Shown here piece by piece: positions 38,056-47,191 of a DNA stretch of 64,000 bases. The position numbers and the translations under genes were made by a program. The notes under the pieces were generated by a model, which was not told the DNA's origin, did no database searches, and was given only the letters and a program-made list of their open reading frames with translations. Numbering within the stretch: the stretch's first letter is position 1; each line of letters opens with the position of its first letter. Where the stretch lies: positions 3,130 through 67,129 of the forward strand of contig PFVX01000079.1 in the NCBI GenBank assembly GCA_002790835.1, written 5' to 3'. The DNA comes from a bacterium CG_4_9_14_3_um_filter_65_15 (GTDB lineage Bacteria > Krumholzibacteriota > Krumholzibacteriia > LZORAL124-64-63).

Positions 38056-39846
38056 GTGAAGAAGATGATCCGGATCGGCAACGCCGGGGGATATTGGGGC
38101 GATGACATGGATGCCTTGCGCCGACAGCTCGTCGGCGGCCCTCTCGACTACATCACCATGGATTTTTTGGCCGAGATCACCATGTCGATCCTGCGCAAGC
38201 AACAGCTGCAGAATCCCGAGCTCGGCTACGCCCGCGATTTCCTGACCCAGCTGGAAACCTGCCTGCCCCTGATCGTCGAGAAGAAAGTGCGGGTCATCAA
38301 CAATGCCGGCGGCATGAATCCGGTCGGGCTGGGCCGGAAGATCCGTGCCATGGCACGCCGCATGGAGCTGGACCTGAAAGTGGGCGTGGTCTACGGGGAC
38401 GACATCAGCAATCGTCTGTACGAATTGACGGCCGCGGGTGAGAAGTTCACCAACATGGAGACCGGCGAAGCCTTCACCGGAGTGCGCAACCGCGTCACCT
38501 CGGCCAACGTGTATCTGGGGGCCGAACCGGTGGTCGCGGCCCTCGACGCCGGGTGCGACATCATCGTCACCGGTCGGGTCACCGACACCGGGATCACCCT
38601 GGCGCCCATGATCCACGAATTCGGCTGGTCCATGACCGACTGGGACAAGATGGCGGCGGGGATTATCGCCGGCCACATCATCGAGTGCGGCGCCCAGGGC
38701 AGCGGGGGAAACATCACCGACTGGCAGGAAGTCCCCTCCTTCGACAACATGGGCTATCCCATCATCGAGATGCAGCGCGACGGCGATTTCCGCGTCACCA
38801 AGCACAAGCGCACCGGCGGCCTGGTGAGCGAGAAATCCGTCAAGGAGCAGCTCGTCTACGAGATGGGGGATCCGGGGCAGTACATTTCGCCGGACGGGGT
38901 GGCGTTCTTCAACACCATCGAGGTCAAGCAGGACGGAAAGGACCGGGTACGGGTCAGCGGTGCGCGCGGCGGACCGGCGCCCTCCTCGTTCAAGGTGTCG
39001 ATGGCCTTTCAGGACGGCTGGAAAGCGGAGGGGGAGATTCTGCTCTGCGGACCGAACATCGAGGACAAGGCCGAAACGGTGGCGGAAACATTCTGGCGCA
39101 AGGTGGGCCACGAGTTCGAAGACACCGCCACCGCAATGGTGGGTGCGGGCTCCATCTGGCCGGATCGGCTCGCCGATTACAGCCCCCACGAGATCTTCCT
39201 GCGCTTCGGGGTCCGCGACCACGACGTGTCCAAGGTCCAGGATTTCGGTAAGACCCTGCCGGCCATGATCCTGGCCGGGCCTTCGGGCATGGCGGCCAGC
39301 ACCCGGGGGCGCCCCCGGCCTCAGCAGGTGGTCTCCTACTGGCCGGCTCTCATGCGCCGCGACGGAGTCTCGGCCAAGGTGCTGACCCTGGGCACGGACT
39401 GCAGCGAGAAGTTCCAGGAGATCCACTTTCCGGTGCGCGGCGAGGTTGATGAGCCCGTGGCCAACCGGATCAGCCGGCGGCCTGTCCGTCGCGATTGGCC
39501 GGCCTCGACAACCGAGGTGCCCCTGAGCCGATTGTGTTACGCGAGGAGCGGGGACAAGGGGGATACCTGCAACATCGGCGTCCTGGCCCGTTCTCCCGGG
39601 GCCTACGAATGGCTGCGGGGATTTCTGACGGCGGGCCGGATCAAGCGTTACTTCGGGGCCAAGGTGCGGGGCAAGGTCACGCGCTACGAACTCGACAACC
39701 TCCAGGGTTTGAACTTCCTGCTGGCCGGGGCCCTCGGTGGTGGCGGAACCACCAGCCTGCTGGTCGATCCCCAGGGAAAAACCATGAGCCAGGCTCTCTT
39801 GCAGATGAAGGTCCGGGCGCCGCGCGCCCTGCTCAGAGGGTTGTGA
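38056..39846 (+). CDS. AtuA family (acyclic terpene utilisation, DUF1446) protein
   Basis: IGNAGGYWGD, DFLAEITM, ANVYLG, AGHIIECGAQ, EQLVYE, ARSGDKG, DPQGK. Confidence 0.9.
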   Translation: MKKMIRIGNAGGYWGDDMDALRRQLVGGPLDYITMDFLAEITMSILRKQQLQNPELGYARDFLTQLETCLPLIVEKKVRVINNAGGMNPVGLGRKIRAMARRMELDLKVGVVYGDDISNRLYELTAAGEKFTNMETGEAFTGVRNRVTSANVYLGAEPVVAALDAGCDIIVTGRVTDTGITLAPMIHEFGWSMTDWDKMAAGIIAGHIIECGAQGSGGNITDWQEVPSFDNMGYPIIEMQRDGDFRVTKHKRTGGLVSEKSVKEQLVYEMGDPGQYISPDGVAFFNTIEVKQDGKDRVRVSGARGGPAPSSFKVSMAFQDGWKAEGEILLCGPNIEDKAETVAETFWRKVGHEFEDTATAMVGAGSIWPDRLADYSPHEIFLRFGVRDHDVSKVQDFGKTLPAMILAGPSGMAASTRGRPRPQQVVSYWPALMRRDGVSAKVLTLGTDCSEKFQEIHFPVRGEVDEPVANRISRRPVRRDWPASTTEVPLSRLCYARSGDKGDTCNIGVLARSPGAYEWLRGFLTAGRIKRYFGAKVRGKVTRYELDNLQGLNFLLAGALGGGGTTSLLVDPQGKTMSQALLQMKVRAPRALLRGL

Positions 39847-39985
39847 AAATCAAAAAATTCCACATAATAACTTGAATTCAGCGTTTCATTGGGGTATAAG
39901 TTAAGGGAATTCCATCCTGGGAATCGCCCGCCCGGGAGGAAGCAACGTGCCGCACAACCCTGCCTTTATTCTCCGGAGGTACTCC

Positions 39986-40678
39986 ATGAAGCGCTTTGCC
40001 CTCGTTACCGCCCTCCTGCTCGTGGCCCTGGGCGCCCAGACCGTGGTGGCCGCGGTCGCCCCCACCATCTACGACATCCAGAACGGTGTGTACGCCGCCG
40101 GCGACACCCTGACCGTGACCGGGACCGTCGTTGCTGTCCGTTACAACGGCATCTGGGTGGCCGAGGCTCCCTTCGGCGCCTACAACGGGATCTGGGTCTA
40201 CATGGGTTCGACCACCAACGTGCCCGGTGATATCGTCGATGTGACCGGAGTCTATTCCGAGTACTACGGCCTGACGGAGTTGGCCGCCATCACCGACGGT
40301 GTGGTCACAACCGGAACCGGCCCCGTGCCCGCCCCCACCGTGCTGGACGCAGCCACCCTTACGGCCGATCCCGAGCCCTGGGAAAGCTGCGCCGTCACCA
40401 TTTCCGACGGCATGCACGTCACCGAGACCAGCGATGTCCTGGGCCATGGTTACTGGACCTGCCAGATGACCAACGGCACCGTGGTCAACTTCGACGACTA
40501 TTTCTACGATGACACCACCGTGCTCCTGGGCCAGTGCTACAACAACGCCACCGGGATCTGGGAGTACACCTGGAGCGCATTCCGCATGGAACCCTACGTG
40601 GACGGGTATCCCCTGGTGGACTGCGTGGTGGATGACCAAGAGGTCAGCTTCGGCGACGTGAAGTCCCTGTTCCGTTAG
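39986..40678 (+). CDS. Secreted protein with YhcR-like OB-fold domains and a C-terminal FGxxKxxFR tail
   Basis: GGAGG RBS; signal peptide; TIYDIQ...VTGTVVA...GIWV...GDIVDVTG...EYYGLTEL. Confidence 0.75.
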   Translation: MKRFALVTALLLVALGAQTVVAAVAPTIYDIQNGVYAAGDTLTVTGTVVAVRYNGIWVAEAPFGAYNGIWVYMGSTTNVPGDIVDVTGVYSEYYGLTELAAITDGVVTTGTGPVPAPTVLDAATLTADPEPWESCAVTISDGMHVTETSDVLGHGYWTCQMTNGTVVNFDDYFYDDTTVLLGQCYNNATGIWEYTWSAFRMEPYVDGYPLVDCVVDDQEVSFGDVKSLFR

Positions 40679-40698
40679 GATCCGCCCTTGCGACGGAT

Positions 40699-40732
40699 GG
40701 AGGCCCGGCCCTCGTGGTCGGGCCTTCTTCTT
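40699..40732 (+). terminator. Intrinsic terminator
   Basis: GGAGGCCCGGCC/GGTCGGGCCTTC stem followed by TTCTT. Confidence 0.55.
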
Positions 40733-40817
40733 GCCGAGGGCTTTGCCGGGCGGCGGAGAGATTTCCTGTTGAGTCCTCAGCGGCGACCCTTCAGAATCCG
40801 GCCCCGAAAGGGGAATC

Positions 40818-41507
40818 ATGCCGCCCGTCGCATTTCTGATCGTCCTGATCGCCATTGCCGCATTCGGGATCTACTCCTGGCGCCAGGACCAGAAGCGCCG
40901 GGAGGCCTTGATAGCCTGGGCCGCGGGCCGCCGCTGGCGCTTTATGCGGCATGGAATCACCGGCCTGGGCTCCCGGTATCCCGGGATCAAACTCTTCGAT
41001 CGAGGACATTCCCGGAGCAACGGCAACGCCGTCAACGGCGAGATGAACGGACACCCCGTGCTGTGCCTGGACTACAAGTACGTCACGGGCCACGGCAAGA
41101 ATCGCTCCACCCATCGCTTCGGCGTGGCGATTCTGGAAACGGGTTTCCCGACCATCCCGCTGCAGATCCGCCGGGAGAATCCCCTCGACAAGGTGGGCGA
41201 GTTCTTCGGCCGAGACGACATCGATTTCGAATCGGCGGAGTTCAGCCGCCGCTTCCACGTCACCTCCGCCGACCCCAAGTGGGCCTATGACGTCATCCAT
41301 GCCCGGACCATGGAATACCTGATGGATGCCCCCTCCGTGGCCATCGAATTCGGCATGGGCGAGATTGCCGTCTATCGCAGCGGCCGCAACGCGCCCTCGG
41401 ATCACGAGACGTGCCTGGTGGTGGCGCGCAAGTTGCTGGACGCGGTGCCGGATTACGTCGTCAAGCAGATGCGGGGGGATCCCGCCAGAGGATTCGAGCG
41501 GACCTGA
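40818..41507 (+). CDS. Membrane-anchored protein (LemA-associated, DUF3137-like)
   Basis: N-terminal transmembrane segment; DIDFESAEFSRRF motif; lies upstream of lemA. Confidence 0.65.
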   Translation: MPPVAFLIVLIAIAAFGIYSWRQDQKRREALIAWAAGRRWRFMRHGITGLGSRYPGIKLFDRGHSRSNGNAVNGEMNGHPVLCLDYKYVTGHGKNRSTHRFGVAILETGFPTIPLQIRRENPLDKVGEFFGRDDIDFESAEFSRRFHVTSADPKWAYDVIHARTMEYLMDAPSVAIEFGMGEIAVYRSGRNAPSDHETCLVVARKLLDAVPDYVVKQMRGDPARGFERT

Positions 41508-41564
41508 CCCAGGGGGATCTTTCCGGCCGTGTCGGGATGACAATCATAACCCGAAAGGAATCCC

Positions 41565-42137
41565 ATGCTCGCATACGTGTTGATCGCCTCGGCGGTGGTG
41601 CTGATCTGGGCGGCGCTGAACTACAACCTGCTGGTGCGCATCCGGCAGCAGGTCGCCGAATCCTGGTCCAACATCGACACCGAACTCAAGCGCCGGTACG
41701 ACCTGATCCCCAACCTTGTCGAGGCGGTCAAGGGTTATGCCTCCCACGAGCGCACGACCCTCGAGGCGGTGGTCGCCGCCAGGGATCGTGCCCGCAACAG
41801 CACGGGGTCGCCCGCCAGCCAGGCCGCCGACGAGAAGTCCCTGGTGGAAAGCATGCAGAAACTGCTGGCGGTTGCCGAGGCCTATCCCGACCTTAAGGCC
41901 AGCGAGAATTTTCTGGCCCTGCAGCTGGAACTGGCCAACACGGAGGACCGGATCCAGGCGGCCCGTCGGTTCTACAACGCCAACGTGCGCGACCTGAACA
42001 CCCGCATCGAGGTCTTTCCCTCGAACCTCATCGCGTCCCTGTTCCACTTCCGTCCCGCCGAGTTCTTCGAAGTGGAATCGGCGGTCGTGCGCAAGGTCGT
42101 CGACGTATCGTTCAATCCCGCCGGAGACGAAGCATGA
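41565..42137 (+). CDS. lemA: LemA family protein
   Basis: WSNIDTELKRRYDLIPNLV, YPDLKA, ARRFYN, FPSN. Confidence 0.93.
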   Translation: MLAYVLIASAVVLIWAALNYNLLVRIRQQVAESWSNIDTELKRRYDLIPNLVEAVKGYASHERTTLEAVVAARDRARNSTGSPASQAADEKSLVESMQKLLAVAEAYPDLKASENFLALQLELANTEDRIQAARRFYNANVRDLNTRIEVFPSNLIASLFHFRPAEFFEVESAVVRKVVDVSFNPAGDEA

Positions 42138-44080
42138 CCCGACACTGGCCCTTTTACACCCCCTTCGCCCGCAAGGCCGAGGAGTTCGTCGTCGATGCCG
42201 GACTTGCCCGCGAGGCGGGCCTGCAGGAATGGGCGAAGGCCTTCCAGCTGGGCACCGCCGGCTACCGCGACCTGCTGGACCCCGAGAACCTGTTCAATCT
42301 CTCGGTGCCTTTCAACGCCCTGACCATGGCGGTGGTGCTGGCCGCGAGGGCCGACCTGGCGGTCGAGCACGGGCTGGCCTCCCTGCACGTGGGCGGCGAG
42401 GTCCGGCCCCACACGCAGGAATTCATCGACCTGGCGGCGCGCATCTACGCGGCCCGGGGCATCACCGTGCATCTGCGGCCCGAGGGCGTGCGCACCACGC
42501 CGATCTGGCTTTCGTCCTTCGGCGTCTTTCACCGGGAACTGGACGGGGGGGAGAACTTCACCGCCAGCCACAGCCAGAGCTACAAAGGCGGTTGGAAACC
42601 CATGGACGCCAGCGGGGGACAGCTGCTGGAAATGGCCGGTCAGGTGGCCGACCGGGTCCGCACCCTGGTGGATACGGCCCTGCGCGACGGACTGGCCATC
42701 AATCTGGCGTCCTCCCATGACGACCTGATCCGGCGCGATTTCGACCCTTTGGCGGCCTATGTCGATTACCTGCGACTGGTCGTGCCCCCGACCCTGCTGG
42801 CCGGGTTGCCGGCGGCCTTCGACGCGGGATTTCGGGCGGGATTCTGCACCGAAGGGGGCTCCATGGGGGCCGCGGCCAACGCGATCTTCGGGGCCCTGGA
42901 GATCCCGGTGGGGGAGGATGAGCCCGTCTTCCTGACCCACGAACAGGAGAATACCGGTTACCACGGCATCGGGATCTTTGAGGGCGTGAATTACGGCGTC
43001 GACCCGGGCAAATGGCAGGTCTACAAGAACGTGGGCGCCCAGGAGCTGCTGGCCGCAGGGCGCTGCCACGTGTTCTTCATCTGGGATCCGGACGGTGACC
43101 GCTTCAACATGGTGACGGTTGCCCCGGTCGACCTGGCGCAGACCGCGGAGGCCGCCGGCCTGGAAGTCGATCCCCTGGACGACGACCGCTGCCTGGTGTT
43201 CTTCAAACCGAACCAGATCTACTTCATGCTCACCGGTCTGAAGATCGACTCCCTGCGCGCGGCGGGCGAGCTCGACCGCTACGACTGGATCGTGGCCACG
43301 ACCTTTCCCACCAGCCTGAGCATCGGGGAGATGGCCCAGAGGGAAGGCGGCCTGAAGACCTTCCGGGTACCGGTGGGGTTCAAGCACTTCGCCGCCCTGG
43401 TGCGGGATCTCGAAGGGCAGATCGCTACGGGCCGCCCGAACTGTGCGGCCACCGACGTGACGAGGCAGACCACCGAATTCGGTCCGCGGCCCCGCTTGCT
43501 GATGATGGCCGAGGAGAGCGGCGGCGCGGCCCTGGGGCCGCCCGAACCGATCAGCAGCTGCTCGGGCGCCCGCACGAGCCTGGCGCCCAAGGAGAAGGAC
43601 GGCATGCAGATCGGGGTCATGGCCCTGTGCCTGGCCGCGCGCCTGCATCGCGACGGGGGCAGTTTCGCCGGTTACTACCTGGAGTTGCTGGATCGCTGCG
43701 GCACGAGCTACCGCTTCTACGAGCGCAAGGACGTGACCCTGTTCGACGAGTCCCTGCAGGGTGAGGCCCGGAGCACGGCCCATGCCGCGGGCAACCGCCG
43801 CAAGGAAGCCACCGTGGCCTGGTTTTCCGCACTGGAGAAGATGACGCCCGCTGAAGCGACCCGGCACCTGGTCGCGGCGCTGCCGGACGGGGTCGAGCTG
43901 CCGCCGTTGCGGCGCGCCTTCGGTGCCGGGGACGGCACCTACCTCGAATTCGACGGGCAGTGGTTCGAACTGCGGGCTTCGGGCACCGACGCGGTGTTGC
44001 GGTACTACATGGAAGGCCGTGATCGGGATCAGGTATCGGCCCTCAACACCGCTTTTACCCAGCTGGAAATCGAGGGTTAG
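42134..44080 (+). CDS. Phosphoglucomutase/phosphomannomutase family protein
   Basis: LGTAGYR, TASHS phospho-Ser loop, DPDGDR metal loop, VGFK, EESGG, RASGT. Confidence 0.85.
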   Translation: MTRHWPFYTPFARKAEEFVVDAGLAREAGLQEWAKAFQLGTAGYRDLLDPENLFNLSVPFNALTMAVVLAARADLAVEHGLASLHVGGEVRPHTQEFIDLAARIYAARGITVHLRPEGVRTTPIWLSSFGVFHRELDGGENFTASHSQSYKGGWKPMDASGGQLLEMAGQVADRVRTLVDTALRDGLAINLASSHDDLIRRDFDPLAAYVDYLRLVVPPTLLAGLPAAFDAGFRAGFCTEGGSMGAAANAIFGALEIPVGEDEPVFLTHEQENTGYHGIGIFEGVNYGVDPGKWQVYKNVGAQELLAAGRCHVFFIWDPDGDRFNMVTVAPVDLAQTAEAAGLEVDPLDDDRCLVFFKPNQIYFMLTGLKIDSLRAAGELDRYDWIVATTFPTSLSIGEMAQREGGLKTFRVPVGFKHFAALVRDLEGQIATGRPNCAATDVTRQTTEFGPRPRLLMMAEESGGAALGPPEPISSCSGARTSLAPKEKDGMQIGVMALCLAARLHRDGGSFAGYYLELLDRCGTSYRFYERKDVTLFDESLQGEARSTAHAAGNRRKEATVAWFSALEKMTPAEATRHLVAALPDGVELPPLRRAFGAGDGTYLEFDGQWFELRASGTDAVLRYYMEGRDRDQVSALNTAFTQLEIEG

Positions 44081-44095
44081 ATCCCGGGTCCTATC

Positions 44096-44129
44096 GCAGC
44101 GGCCGCCTCCCGTGGGAAGCGGCCGCTGC
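44096..44129. terminator. GC-rich hairpin between convergent genes
   Basis: GCAGCGGCCGC...GCGGCCGCTGC inverted repeat. Confidence 0.5.
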
Positions 44130-44156
44130 TTGGCGCTTGGGGGGTGCCCATGGCGC

Positions 44157-45947
44157 TTATTTCAGGGTGTAACACTCGGCGTCGATGATGCGGGCGGCGA
44201 TGGCGTCGTGCAGCTTGGCCCGGTTGACCGGGTCGTGCTTGGCCAGACGCCGCAGTCCGGCCACGTAGGTCCGCAACTCGTCGCCCTCCACCGTGGCCGC
44301 AAGCACGTTGCGCGCCAGGATCCCGACCTTGTCCATGGCCTCGTGCACGTACAGCGTCAGCATGTCGGCCATGGCCAGGGCGCTGTCCCCGCCGTCTGCG
44401 GCGGACTTCTTGAGCGTCCGCAGCCAACCGCTCTCGCAGGCGTAGGTCTGCATGATGATGTCGGCGCAGTCCGCGAGGACTTCCTGCTGGTTCTTCAGGT
44501 CCTGGCCGAACTTCTGGGCGGCCAGGCCAAGCACGGCCAGCACGACCTTCTTCATGTTGGCGATGAGCTTGCCTTCCTCTTCCATGAACTCCGGTTCGCC
44601 CGGTTCGCTGAACGACGGCAGGCCGGTCAGCTCCTGGGCCACCGCCTGGGCCGCCTGCAGGAAGGGCAACTCGCCGGTCATGGCCTTCTTCATGATCATG
44701 CCGGGGATGATCATCCGGTTGATCTCGTTGGTGCCCTCGAAGATGCGGTTGACCCGCTCGTCGCGGTAGTACCGCTCCAGGGGGTACTCCTGGCAGTAGC
44801 CGTAGCCGCCGAGCATCTGCACGCCCTCTTCGGCCGCCAGGGCCATGGCCTCGGTGGCGAAGACCTTGATCATGGAGCACTCGATGGAAAAGTCCTCGAC
44901 CTTTTGGATGCTCTGGTAGTCGAAGTCCGCTGCGCTCTTGTCCAGGGTGGCGATGGCGTCGTCGAGCAGGCCGGCGGTACGGTAGACCATGGACTCGGCC
45001 ACGAAGGTGTGGGCGGTCACCTCGGCGATCTTGCGGCGGATCAGACCGAAGTTGCACAGGGGCTGGCCGAACTGGTGCCGTTGTTTGGTGTAGGGCACGG
45101 TGTGTTTCAGGACGAGCTTGCAGCCGCCCACGGTGCTGGCGCCCAGCTTGAAACGGCCCACGTTGAGGATGTTGAAGGCGATGCGATGGCCTTTGCCGAC
45201 CTCGCCGAGTAGGTTCTCCACCGGGACCTTGACGTCTTCGAGGGTGATGGCGCAGGTGGAGGAGCCCTTGAACCCCATCTTCTTCTCTTCGGCTCCGATG
45301 GTCACGCCCTCGGCGCCGAGGTCGACGATGAAGCCGGTGAACTTGTCGCCGTCGATCTTGGCGAACAGGATCACCATCTCCGCGTAGCCGGCGTTGGAGA
45401 TGTACTGCTTGGTCCCGTTGAGAACGTAGTGCTTGCCGTCGTCGGTCAGCTTGGCGGTGGTGGCCGCGGCCAGGGCGTCGCTACCGCTGCCGGGTTCGGT
45501 CAGGGCGTAGCAGGTCAGCAGGTCGGCCGTGGCCAGGCGCGGCAGGTAATGCTTCTTCTGCTCCTCGGTGCCGAAGTACACGATGGGCAGGGTGCCGATA
45601 CCCGACTGGGCGCCGTGGGTGACGGCGAAGCTGCCGCTTTCGGCCATCTTCTCGCTGATCAGCATGATGGTGGCCTTGTCCGAACCCATCCCGCCGTAGG
45701 CCTCGGGGATGTCGGCCATGAGCAGACCCATCTCCGCGGCCTTTTTCAGCAAATCCTTGCCCAGCATGGTGTTGCCCTTGTACTCGAGCTCTTCCCGCAC
45801 CGGTTCGATGGTCCGGATGACGAAGTCCTCGACGGTCTGGGCGAACATGCGCTGGTTCTCGCTGAAATCCTCGGGAGTGAACACGTCCTGGGGAGCGGTC
45901 TCGCGCAGGAGGAATTCGCCGCCGGTGGGGTTCTTCTGGTCTGCCAT
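44157..45947 (-). CDS. fadE: Acyl-CoA dehydrogenase
   Basis: YALTEPGSGSD, LNGTKQYISN, KMGFKGSST, GGYGY and RIFEGTNEI; long Bacillus FadE-like form. Confidence 0.9.
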   Translation of the reverse strand: MADQKNPTGGEFLLRETAPQDVFTPEDFSENQRMFAQTVEDFVIRTIEPVREELEYKGNTMLGKDLLKKAAEMGLLMADIPEAYGGMGSDKATIMLISEKMAESGSFAVTHGAQSGIGTLPIVYFGTEEQKKHYLPRLATADLLTCYALTEPGSGSDALAAATTAKLTDDGKHYVLNGTKQYISNAGYAEMVILFAKIDGDKFTGFIVDLGAEGVTIGAEEKKMGFKGSSTCAITLEDVKVPVENLLGEVGKGHRIAFNILNVGRFKLGASTVGGCKLVLKHTVPYTKQRHQFGQPLCNFGLIRRKIAEVTAHTFVAESMVYRTAGLLDDAIATLDKSAADFDYQSIQKVEDFSIECSMIKVFATEAMALAAEEGVQMLGGYGYCQEYPLERYYRDERVNRIFEGTNEINRMIIPGMIMKKAMTGELPFLQAAQAVAQELTGLPSFSEPGEPEFMEEEGKLIANMKKVVLAVLGLAAQKFGQDLKNQQEVLADCADIIMQTYACESGWLRTLKKSAADGGDSALAMADMLTLYVHEAMDKVGILARNVLAATVEGDELRTYVAGLRRLAKHDPVNRAKLHDAIAARIIDAECYTLK

Positions 45948-45988
45948 GGTCTCTGCTCCTTGACTGCATGCGGGCCGTCGGGCCCGGT

Positions 45989-47173
45989 TTAGATCGCTGC
46001 GAAAACGCCGGCGGCTCCCATGCCCGTCCCGATGCACATGGTCACCAGGGCGTACTTTCCGCCGCGTCGGTTCATCTCGTTCAGGGCACTGACGGTCAAC
46101 TTGGCGCCGGTGCAGCCCAGGGGGTGGCCCAGGGCGATCGCCCCGCCGTTGGGGTTCAGGCGCTTGTCCTGTGGGTCGAGCCCCAGGCGCCCGCACACGG
46201 CCAGGCTTTGGGCCGCGAAGGCCTCGTTCAACTCGATGACGTCCATCTGGTCGAGACGCAGGCCCGTGGAGGCCATGACCTTGGGAATCGCCGCCACCGG
46301 ACCGATGCCCATGATGTCCGGTTCCACACCCGCCACGGCGTAGCCCACGAAACGGGCCAGGGGCTTGACGCCCAGTTCCGCGGCGAGTTCAGGGGTTCCG
46401 AGCAGCACCGCGGCCGCACCGTCGCTCATCTGGCTGCTGTTGCCGGCGGTCACGGTGCCACTCAGTTTGAATGCGGGGCGGAGCTTGGCCAGGGCCGCGA
46501 GGGTGGTATCGGCACGCGGGCCTTCATCCACGAGGAATTCCACTTCCCGGGTGATGGGGCGTCCCTTGGCGTCGGTGCCCGGCAGCTGGGCCATGACGGG
46601 GGTGATCTCCTCGGCAAAGCGTCCCTCGGTGATGGCCGCGGACGCCTTCATGTGGCTGGAATAGGAGAATTCGTCCTGGGCCTCGCGGGAGATGCCGTCG
46701 CTGACCACGAGGTTCTCGGCCGTGATGCCCATGTTGGTCAGGTACTGGGGAAACTCGGCCGCCAGGGTCGGGTTGGGCAGGTAGCGCAGACCGCCCATGG
46801 GAACCATCGTCATGGTCTCGACGCCGCCGGCGATGACGCAATCGGCCTGGCCGGTCATGATCTGGCGGGCGGCGATGTCGATGGTCTGCAGCCCCGAGCT
46901 GCAGAACCGGTTCACGGTCATGCCGGGTACGGTCACCGGCAGGCCGGCCAGCAGCGCGATGTTGCGGCCCACGTTCATGCCCTGTTCGCCCTCGGGCATG
47001 GCGCAGCCCATGATCACATCCCCGATGCGGGAGAGGTCCAGACCCGGAACCCGGGTCAAAAGATCCCGGACCACGGCGGCGCCCAGGTCGTCCGACCGGG
47101 TGTGACGCAGGCTCCCCTTGAGGGCCCTGCCCACGGCGGTGCGGCGGGCGGCGATGACAACGACTTCCTTCAT
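45989..47173 (-). CDS. fadA: Acetyl-CoA C-acyltransferase (3-ketoacyl-CoA thiolase)
   Basis: NRFCSSG, NEAFA, GHPLG, CIGTGMG. Confidence 0.93.
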   Translation of the reverse strand: MKEVVVIAARRTAVGRALKGSLRHTRSDDLGAAVVRDLLTRVPGLDLSRIGDVIMGCAMPEGEQGMNVGRNIALLAGLPVTVPGMTVNRFCSSGLQTIDIAARQIMTGQADCVIAGGVETMTMVPMGGLRYLPNPTLAAEFPQYLTNMGITAENLVVSDGISREAQDEFSYSSHMKASAAITEGRFAEEITPVMAQLPGTDAKGRPITREVEFLVDEGPRADTTLAALAKLRPAFKLSGTVTAGNSSQMSDGAAAVLLGTPELAAELGVKPLARFVGYAVAGVEPDIMGIGPVAAIPKVMASTGLRLDQMDVIELNEAFAAQSLAVCGRLGLDPQDKRLNPNGGAIALGHPLGCTGAKLTVSALNEMNRRGGKYALVTMCIGTGMGAAGVFAAI

Positions 47174-47191
47174 CCTCTTCTCCTTTGTCCG

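Noticed and set aside
37957..39426. Apparent 490-aa N-terminal extension of the GH13 ORF, and the reciprocal extension of the AtuA ORF from 36952
   Set aside because: Each extension is the antisense of the other real gene; plausible starts are 37956 and 38056
39841..39870. TTGTGAA half-site resembling a Rex box
   Set aside because: No matching second half-site at the required spacing
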